From the IMG/VR virus record IMGVR_UViG_3300050035_000427: a stretch of 64,000 nucleotides of DNA. The stretch is one strand, 5' to 3'. Shown here piece by piece: positions 57,537 to 64,000 of this stretch. The notes beneath the pieces are model-generated. The model saw nothing but the letters and a program-made list of their open reading frames with translations, had not been told where the DNA came from and searched no databases. Each line of letters starts with the position of its first letter. The first letter of the stretch is position 1. Position numbers and translations under genes: made by a program. This stretch comes from an uncultured virus (IMG/VR IMGVR_UViG_3300050035_000427) (lineage: Duplodnaviria > Heunggongvirae > Uroviricota > Caudoviricetes).

Positions 57537-58217
57537 ATGAGTAAACTCACCGAAGCATTGCATCATATTCCTGGTGCAAACCTCGTCGTGGACTTTGACG
57601 ATGATAAACCAGAACCCAGTCATCACCCCGATCGCGCTGCTGCTCCACCAGCTGCCTCTCAGGGATATCAGCCTCAGCAGCCTCAACCGGCCTCCTATCA
57701 ACCCAATGCCTACACTCCAGCTGTTGGTGTAGTGGGAGTTTCCACTGTCGATCCTAACAACGATGCCTACCAGCGTCTGCTTGCCAAGACTGACTTCAAG
57801 ACCTCCAAGGCTTCGGTGGTCATCGAGGGATGTCTCGCTCTTCTTGCCAATGTACCAATGGATGATCGTCTCAAGTTCAAGGCGGCGGTCGCTCAGGCCG
57901 GAGCACAGGGCATCACAGCGGACGTTATTCTGTCCACCTTTGACCAACTCAAGCAGGCACTGCAGGATGAAGGCGAGAAGTTCGCCAAGTTCATTCAGAG
58001 TCAGCTGGACAAAGAGGTCACAGGCCGGCAGAACCAGATCCAGCAGCTTACTGCTCAGGCTCAGCAGATTCAGGCTCAAATCAATCAACTGAACGAAGAT
58101 TCGTTCGCTGCTCAACAGAAGATTCAAGGCGCACAGCACACGTTCGACACCGCGTTCACTGCTCGTTCGGCTGAATTGGACAACGAAAAAGCAACCAAGG
58201 CAAATCTACTCAATTAA
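57537..58217 (+). CDS. Coiled-coil protein of the ABC-associated operon
   Basis: Q-rich coiled coil; aggag RBS. Confidence 0.7.
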   Translation: MSKLTEALHHIPGANLVVDFDDDKPEPSHHPDRAAAPPAASQGYQPQQPQPASYQPNAYTPAVGVVGVSTVDPNNDAYQRLLAKTDFKTSKASVVIEGCLALLANVPMDDRLKFKAAVAQAGAQGITADVILSTFDQLKQALQDEGEKFAKFIQSQLDKEVTGRQNQIQQLTAQAQQIQAQINQLNEDSFAAQQKIQGAQHTFDTAFTARSAELDNEKATKANLLN

Positions 58218-58251
58218 CAAGTTCGCTGGGAAGGCGAAACGGAGAAACACC

Positions 58252-59304
58252 ATGGCTATGGAACTGCCCACCGTTGATACTGCAAAATCCTTCTGGTCTC
58301 GACCGGAAGGAAAAGTCGGTGCCCTTATCCTTTTGTTGATCGCGGGTCTGGGCATCTATGAATACTCACTAATCCTGCCCTGGTTTGTCACGATGCTCGA
58401 GGATACCGTTCACATGGTGTTTCTCGGATGCGTTTTGGTAGCCATGGGTTGGCTGCTGTTCAGCAAGACTTCGCACATGATGTTCCGGGTTCTCATGCGC
58501 GTCTTCACTGGCTTGTTTGTCAGCGTCTATCCGATTGAGATCATCGAAGACAAACTCACGGAGATGAAGAAACGGCGCGACAAGATGAACGCACAGATCT
58601 CGGAGGTCTCCGGTCAGATTGTCACTCTACAACGGGTCATGACCAAGAATCATCAGGATGCTGTGCAGGGTTTCAACATGGCACATGCTGCCCAAGATCA
58701 GGCCGCTCGAGCCAGTGACGATGCTGAGAGACTCCGCAAGCAGCTACAGATACAAGCCAATGCGCGCAAGGCCCAGAGACGTGAGAACGCCAATGTCGGC
58801 TATGCCACACTGCTCCAGAAACTGCAGGGCATCTACAGCTTCCTGTCCAAGTACGCTGCCCACATCGACTTCTTCATCGATGACACCACAGACGAAGTTG
58901 AGCAGAAGAAGATCGAGTACAAGACGACCAACACTGCCTTTGGCGCCATGACCATGGCTATGAAGGTGATGAAGGGCAACGCGACTGAAGAAGACATCTA
59001 CGGCCAAGCGATGGATTACATCGAGTCCGATGTCAGCCGCAAACTGGGAATCATGGATGATCTACAACGGGTCAGCCAGAACTTCATGGATGGTCTTGAC
59101 GTTCAGGAAGGTGCTGTTGACACCCAGGCTCTCCAGGCTCTCAACGATTATGAGCACAAGCTGCTCACTTCCGGCGACACTGAACTCGCAGTGATGCTAC
59201 CGGGATCAACCCCGCAGAAAGTACCAGTGGCTCGTGGGTCAGTGACAACGATGCCTTCGTTCAGCAACTCAGGCGGCGACGACTATTCCAGTCTCCTCAA
59301 GTAA
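58252..59304 (+). CDS. Membrane protein with PspA-like coiled coil
   Basis: KSFWSRPEGK, two transmembrane helices, long coiled coil. Confidence 0.7.
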   Translation: MAMELPTVDTAKSFWSRPEGKVGALILLLIAGLGIYEYSLILPWFVTMLEDTVHMVFLGCVLVAMGWLLFSKTSHMMFRVLMRVFTGLFVSVYPIEIIEDKLTEMKKRRDKMNAQISEVSGQIVTLQRVMTKNHQDAVQGFNMAHAAQDQAARASDDAERLRKQLQIQANARKAQRRENANVGYATLLQKLQGIYSFLSKYAAHIDFFIDDTTDEVEQKKIEYKTTNTAFGAMTMAMKVMKGNATEEDIYGQAMDYIESDVSRKLGIMDDLQRVSQNFMDGLDVQEGAVDTQALQALNDYEHKLLTSGDTELAVMLPGSTPQKVPVARGSVTTMPSFSNSGGDDYSSLLK

Positions 59305-59348
59305 CCACCGCTCAGGCGGAATTCAGCAACAGAAAGAAGAGAGAACAC

Positions 59349-59651
59349 ATGAAAATCAAGAAGGGTCCCGGAATCATATTGGGCATCCTGGTGGTGGGTC
59401 TTGGACTGTACTTCGGTCGTCCGTTCTTACTGGCCCACCTTCCCTCCAACTTCCTCAAGAGCATCGGTGTCAGCAAAGTTGTCATGCCTGACATCAAGGA
59501 TGCAACAATCAAGAACGTCACTCCGGTTGCGTTCCCCAGCACTTCTGCAGCCGAAACCTCTGCGACTTTATTTCGCGGCGGCATCTGGGAGTGGAATGCT
59601 CAGAGGTTGTTCATACTTAGGGTCTTGAAGTCAAAAGACCTTATAGATTGA
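59349..59651 (+). pseudogene. Truncated probable ABC substrate-binding protein
   Basis: N-terminal anchor; codon style breaks abruptly after WEWNAQ (59603); permease and ATPase lie downstream. Confidence 0.55.
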
Positions 59652-59683
59652 ACAAAAGAGTATCATTGAGAAAGGTGAAAATC

Positions 59684-59941
59684 ATGACAACTGGAGTATT
59701 GGAAATCGAAGGCAATGGCCTACTGATCATGCTCGACAAAACTGGCGATTCGAGGATGCAGTGGGATCGCGATAACCCTGAAGAAGTCACCAAGGCCGAA
59801 GCTCGATTCAAGGAGTTGAAGGGCAAGGGTTATCTGGCTTACAGCGTGGGCAAGAAGGGTGACCGTGAAGGCGAGGTCATCAACAAATTTGATCCCAGTC
59901 TTGAGCGCATCATCATGCACTCTCCGATGCAAGGAGGCTAG
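59684..59941 (+). CDS. Hypothetical protein
   Basis: aaggtg RBS; ends PMQGG. Confidence 0.65.
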   Translation: MTTGVLEIEGNGLLIMLDKTGDSRMQWDRDNPEEVTKAEARFKELKGKGYLAYSVGKKGDREGEVINKFDPSLERIIMHSPMQGG

Positions 59942-59943
59942 TC

Positions 59944-60168
59944 ATGTCGGAAGCACCTAAATACAAAGGTAAGGTCAAGTGGTTCAATAACGCCAAAGGA
60001 TATGGATTCATTGGGCGTGAAGATGGGCCAGATGTATTCGTTCACTACTCGGCAATCCAGTTGAACGGATACAAAACTCTCAAAGAAGGTGATGATGTCG
60101 AGTTCGGCATTGTCGAAGGACAGAAAGGTCCCCAGGCGGATTCAGTTATTCGTTTGCAGGATGTGTAA
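59944..60168 (+). CDS. Cold-shock protein (CspA family)
   Basis: [30 protein letters not shown]. Confidence 0.95.
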   Translation: MSEAPKYKGKVKWFNNAKGYGFIGREDGPDVFVHYSAIQLNGYKTLKEGDDVEFGIVEGQKGPQADSVIRLQDV

Positions 60169-60182
60169 GGAGGAGATCGAAC

Positions 60183-60692
60183 ATGTGTCTTGATGCGGTC
60201 ACCGAAACCTATGACCATCCTTCCACGCTGATTGTAGATGGCTGGAAGGAATTCGGAGGGTCAACCAAGCAGCCAACCTTCCAAAACTACACATACAAAG
60301 GATCCAATGTTGTCCCTCTCGACACCTGGATTCCGGCTTCCAACGAGCATTCAGCGCAAATCAAAGCCAACGACGGCAAGAAGTATGAGCCAGGGTTTCA
60401 CACCTACTTTGATGAGACCGAATTCAAGGGCATGGGCAGGTCTAATTCAAATTCATATCGCCGCGTGTTCCTCCGCAAGGTCTCTTGTCTTGGCCGGCAG
60501 TCCAGTCTGAAGACGGTTATCGCTCTGGAGATGTATGTTCCATCTGACCAGAACGGATGGCCTCCAAAGAAATCCAGGGATGACGACGATCCCATCACTC
60601 CTATCACTCCCAGCGATCCTTCAGCGAAGAAGAGGACGCCCAGGAAGAGCATCATGGAACGCTTCAGAGGAATCACTCCGGGGAATGCCTAA
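60183..60692 (+). CDS. Hypothetical protein
   Basis: aggagg RBS. Confidence 0.65.
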   Translation: MCLDAVTETYDHPSTLIVDGWKEFGGSTKQPTFQNYTYKGSNVVPLDTWIPASNEHSAQIKANDGKKYEPGFHTYFDETEFKGMGRSNSNSYRRVFLRKVSCLGRQSSLKTVIALEMYVPSDQNGWPPKKSRDDDDPITPITPSDPSAKKRTPRKSIMERFRGITPGNA

Positions 60693-61648
60693 TGCCTAAC
60701 GCCGAAGCAGTCACTCACGGATACAATCCCACTCCCTTTCCGCTCATGCTCACGGATGGAACTGCCACCACCGCACCCAATCGAGCTACCCTCGCTCCTC
60801 TCACTGTTCCTCTGGACATGTGTGTAGCTTCGAGTTGGGAACTTCCTCCAGGAGGTCCGTATGCAGGGCCTGATGCTGACCCCAACTGGGCTGGTCTGGA
60901 TCTCGTTGCGACTAACAATTCTCATCCCTACTATACCGGATGGGATTATGGAGTCGGATCAGGTCAATCGGTGGTAACCATGAACTACAAGATCGATTAC
61001 CCGACCATAACGACCACCAATGCCAGCAACTATGTGTACTATTACAACCTGGGCAACTATGAGTACACTCCGGCAGAAGCATCGGTCGTCAACGTCAAGT
61101 ACAACTATCAGAACTACATGCAACAGTACCAGAACATGATGGTCCAGAACTACCAGAATTATGTGGGGAACGTGATCGTCACCAACGATTATGTTTGCAC
61201 TCCGGATCAGGTCAACTGGCAGTATGTCAATGTTTCTCCTGCCTATCACGAGTCGGAGGAACAGAAGGCTACAAGGCTGGCTGCCCAGCAGTTGCGTGAA
61301 GAGGAAGAGAAGGCTGCAGAGACTCGTGCAGAGGATCTGTTGATCGCTCTTCTTACGGACGCACAGATCCTTCAGTACCAGATGCACGGATACTTCGAAA
61401 CCGAAGTCAATGACAAGATCTACCGCATCAAGAAGGGGCGGTCAGGGAATGTCGAATTGATCGAGGAAGGGAAGCCCAAGTTCCGGTATTGCGCTCATCC
61501 ATCCGAATGGACTCCTAATCAGGACGTCATGATCTCCCAGCTGCTGATGCTCAAGACTGACGAAGCTCGGTTCCTGAAGACTGCCAATCGGACTGTGCTC
61601 TATCAACCGGCTGTGGCTCAGGCCATGGCAGCACTGGACAGGTTGTAG
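60692..61648 (+). CDS. Hypothetical protein with Y/N/Q-rich middle region
   Basis: Coupled ORF; globular-looking C-terminus YCAHP...DVMISQLLML. Confidence 0.65.
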   Translation: MPNAEAVTHGYNPTPFPLMLTDGTATTAPNRATLAPLTVPLDMCVASSWELPPGGPYAGPDADPNWAGLDLVATNNSHPYYTGWDYGVGSGQSVVTMNYKIDYPTITTTNASNYVYYYNLGNYEYTPAEASVVNVKYNYQNYMQQYQNMMVQNYQNYVGNVIVTNDYVCTPDQVNWQYVNVSPAYHESEEQKATRLAAQQLREEEEKAAETRAEDLLIALLTDAQILQYQMHGYFETEVNDKIYRIKKGRSGNVELIEEGKPKFRYCAHPSEWTPNQDVMISQLLMLKTDEARFLKTANRTVLYQPAVAQAMAALDRL

Positions 61649-61649
61649 C

Positions 61650-61943
61650 ATGAAACTTCACTTGAATGAATCCTCCAGGGAGATTGTAACTGGTATGGCT
61701 GGGCTCCTTGGAGGACGCGTCATCGCGGTCTATTCCAGCAAGAGCGCGGCGGAAGAGATTGTCCGTCTCGTGAATGGAAGTGAAGCCCAGCTGGCTGCGC
61801 TCACAGGAGTGAAAGCCTGGTTTCAGAAGTTGGAAGATGACACTGATGACATGGATCCTCTCAAGGCCATGCGTCAACTCTATCATGCTCCGGTTCATGC
61901 CATGCTGGACAAAGGGATCGCTGCCACCAAAAAGAGTCGTTAA
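61650..61943 (+). CDS. Hypothetical protein
   Basis: Coupled ORF. Confidence 0.55.
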   Translation: MKLHLNESSREIVTGMAGLLGGRVIAVYSSKSAAEEIVRLVNGSEAQLAALTGVKAWFQKLEDDTDDMDPLKAMRQLYHAPVHAMLDKGIAATKKSR

Positions 61944-61970
61944 CCGATCTCATTGCTGAGTCGGTAGATC

Positions 61971-62067
61971 GAGTCTACAACAGAAAGCATTCTCAAAGAG
62001 TACCGTGCGAGCTTAGGCTCAAAACTCATGAGGCGGAGGGTATGAGGGTGCTTTCTGTTGTAGATTC
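61971..62067 (+). ncRNA. Long-stem branched RNA element upstream of the permease
   Basis: 25-bp stem (61971-61995/62043-62067) whose three non-Watson-Crick pairs are all G-U on the + strand. Confidence 0.6.
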
Positions 62068-62082
62068 GTCAATGGAGAAACA

Positions 62083-62871
62083 ATGCACGTCGTCAAAAGA
62101 ATGATCACCCCTAACGGGAAACTCGACAAGAGAACTGTTTCGGCTATGATAGTGGTCGAGATTGCGATCTTTGCAGCAGTGTGGGTGACTTCACCCTTCG
62201 TGTTCCTTCCAAAGCCTCAGGATGTCCTCAGCGCCATGGGTGACCTATGGCAGCAGGGTTTGGCCCTGGAACTCATAACGAGCCTCACGCTCAACTTCCA
62301 GGCTCTCCTGGTGGCCTCGCTCCTCTCTCTGGTCATGGCTTATCTCGGCACCGTGCCCCTCTTCCGACCTGCCATTCAGATGATAGGCAAGCTGAGATTT
62401 CTGAGCATGGTCGGGTTGACATTCTTCTTCACCCTGATGACGAACTCAGGTCACCAACTCAAGTTGTCTCTCCTGGTATTCTCAGTCTCGGTCTTCTTCG
62501 TGACTGGCATGGTGGATGTGATCAATTCCGTTCCCAAGGAGAAGTACGATCTATGTCGAGTCCTTCACATGGGACCCTGGCGGACTCTCTATGAGGCGGT
62601 CATCCTCGGTCAGTTCGACAAAGCCTTCGATGTACTCAGGCAGAACGCGGCCATCGGCTGGATGATGCTCTCCATGATTGAGGGCATGAGCCGTTCGGAG
62701 GGTGGAATTGGCGCGATGCTGATGACCCAAAACAAGTATTTCCATCTATCCGAAATCATGGCCATTCAGATAATCATCCTGGTCCTTGGCTTGCTCCAAG
62801 ACTTCGTTCTCGGCTGGCTGAAGAGTCTGGTATGCCCATATGCCAATCTTGTACTGGAGAATAACAAATGA
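62083..62871 (+). CDS. ABC transporter permease (NitT/TauT type)
   Basis: Multiple transmembrane helices; LPKPQDVL; EGMSRSEGGIG. Confidence 0.85.
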   Translation: MHVVKRMITPNGKLDKRTVSAMIVVEIAIFAAVWVTSPFVFLPKPQDVLSAMGDLWQQGLALELITSLTLNFQALLVASLLSLVMAYLGTVPLFRPAIQMIGKLRFLSMVGLTFFFTLMTNSGHQLKLSLLVFSVSVFFVTGMVDVINSVPKEKYDLCRVLHMGPWRTLYEAVILGQFDKAFDVLRQNAAIGWMMLSMIEGMSRSEGGIGAMLMTQNKYFHLSEIMAIQIIILVLGLLQDFVLGWLKSLVCPYANLVLENNK

Positions 62872-63146
62872 ACCCTCTCATGCAGCAGTTTCTTCACCTG
62901 GATTTTGGCTCTGGTGCATTTTGGATCATCATGACCGCTGTTGGCGGCCTGGTCTCCATGGGACACACGCTCATCAACAAGAAGTATCCCGGGCACCGGC
63001 ACACCTTTGACCCCAACAAGTGGGAGATGACCAACGAGATTGAGTATGTCGACGATAGCATCGACAAGTTCTACATCAACACCTGCTTGGGCTGTGGAAT
63101 GCTCATAGAGAAGACAATCGAGATTGAATCCAAGTCAGAGGAGTAG
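62868..63146 (+). CDS. Small membrane protein
   Basis: One transmembrane helix, CxxC. Confidence 0.5.
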   Translation: MNPLMQQFLHLDFGSGAFWIIMTAVGGLVSMGHTLINKKYPGHRHTFDPNKWEMTNEIEYVDDSIDKFYINTCLGCGMLIEKTIEIESKSEE

Positions 63147-63148
63147 GA

Positions 63149-64000
63149 ATGTTCGTTCAGTATGAGTACAAAGAGACACTCTTGAAATTGGATAATTTGT
63201 GTCTGAATTTTGGGCCGAAGCCAATTCTCAAGGGAGTATGTGCTGAGATCAAGGATATCTACATTCCTGGCAGAACGACAGGTCAAATTGTCGGATTCCT
63301 TGGCCCATCCGGAGTTGGTAAGACTCAGTTGCTTCGTCTTCTGGCTGGCCTGCATGACCCCACCAGCGGACAGGTTCTTCTTGCTAATGGAGCAGAGACT
63401 GGCAAATACGACGGAACCTTTCATCCCGTGTCTGCTGGAGAAGTCGGAGTTGTGGCTCAGAACTACCCTCTGTTCGAGCATCGTTCGGTATTTGGCAACC
63501 TGATGTTGCCGGCGCTCGCTCATGAACAGAATCGTGCAACAGCCAAGGATACGGTCCTCACTCACCTGGACAAGTTCGGGTTGCTTGACAAGAAAGATCT
63601 CTATCCCTGTCAGCTTTCTGGCGGTCAGCGCCAGCGGGTTGCCATTCTCCAAATGATCATCTGCAAAGAGAGATTCATTCTCATGGATGAACCTTTTTCT
63701 GGACTTGATCTGATTGCCATTGAAACCATCATGGAGACTATTCAGGAGGCAGCAAACTTGCGTGAGGACAACACTGTTATCATTGTCACTCACGACGTCA
63801 CAGCGGCTGTCTCGATTGCCGACCACATCTGGCTGCTGGGTAGGGACCATGATGCTGAGGGCAAGGTAATTCCTGGTGCACGCATTGTCGAAACTTACGA
63901 TCTGCTCGCTCGTGGTCTTTGTTACGAGCCGGGAATTATCACTGCCAATCACGGGTTCACAGACACAGTGCGTGAAATCAAAACCAGATTCAGAACTCTA
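63149..64000 (+). CDS. ABC transporter ATP-binding protein (runs off window; absent from the ORF track)
   Basis: GPSGVGKT, LSGGQRQRV, LMDEPFSGLD, IVTHD read by hand from ATG 63149. Confidence 0.9.
   Translation, partial: MFVQYEYKETLLKLDNLCLNFGPKPILKGVCAEIKDIYIPGRTTGQIVGFLGPSGVGKTQLLRLLAGLHDPTSGQVLLANGAETGKYDGTFHPVSAGEVGVVAQNYPLFEHRSVFGNLMLPALAHEQNRATAKDTVLTHLDKFGLLDKKDLYPCQLSGGQRQRVAILQMIICKERFILMDEPFSGLDLIAIETIMETIQEAANLREDNTVIIVTHDVTAAVSIADHIWLLGRDHDAEGKVIPGARIVETYDLLARGLCYEPGIITANHGFTDTVREIKTRFRTL

Noticed and set aside
63071..63952. 293-aa minus-strand ORF
   Set aside because: Antisense shadow of the plus-strand ABC ATPase
1..64000. TAG reassigned to Gln (genetic code 15)
   Set aside because: A few in-frame TAGs occur (20.0 kb, 21291, 48874), but many genes end cleanly at TAG, very long ORFs are uninterrupted under the standard code, and no CUA tRNA is present in the window

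Overview
A 64 kb segment of a large contractile-tailed (jumbo-type) dsDNA phage; the host is probably an acidobacterium (inferred from several host-like genes). Layout: virion module at 1-17.4 kb (tail sheath, tail tube, prohead protease, scaffold, decoration protein, major capsid protein); replication/recombination genes at 17.4-32 kb (clamp-like protein, half of a Rad50/SbcC, TOPRIM primase, 5'-3' exonuclease, DnaX-like clamp loader, NusG paralogue); accessory and counter-defence genes (SLOG, NADAR, macrodomain); fibre-like and GH28 genes; a minus-strand array of 11 tRNAs at 48.0-54.0 kb, preceded by an ArgRS-like gene; and an ABC-transporter operon. About 13 free-standing homing/HNH nucleases are scattered through the window. 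Main finding: the tRNA array is preceded by what looks like a translation-coupled attenuator. 17 of the 19 codons after the start codon of its 31-aa leader peptide are read by tRNAs the array itself encodes, and the leader's 3' end can form an antiterminator that competes with a terminator. This suggests the phage turns on its tRNA supply when host tRNAs are depleted. The array also holds a possible second (AGG/AGA) attenuator, a circularly permuted tRNA/YrlA-like RNA, several non-canonical tRNA-like RNAs and a solitary type I-C-like CRISPR repeat. Accessory genes carry repairable lesions (micro-inversions, deletions, a tandem duplication, frameshifts) that may be real decay or assembly artefacts. 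All calls were made by eye; no searches or folding programs were run.
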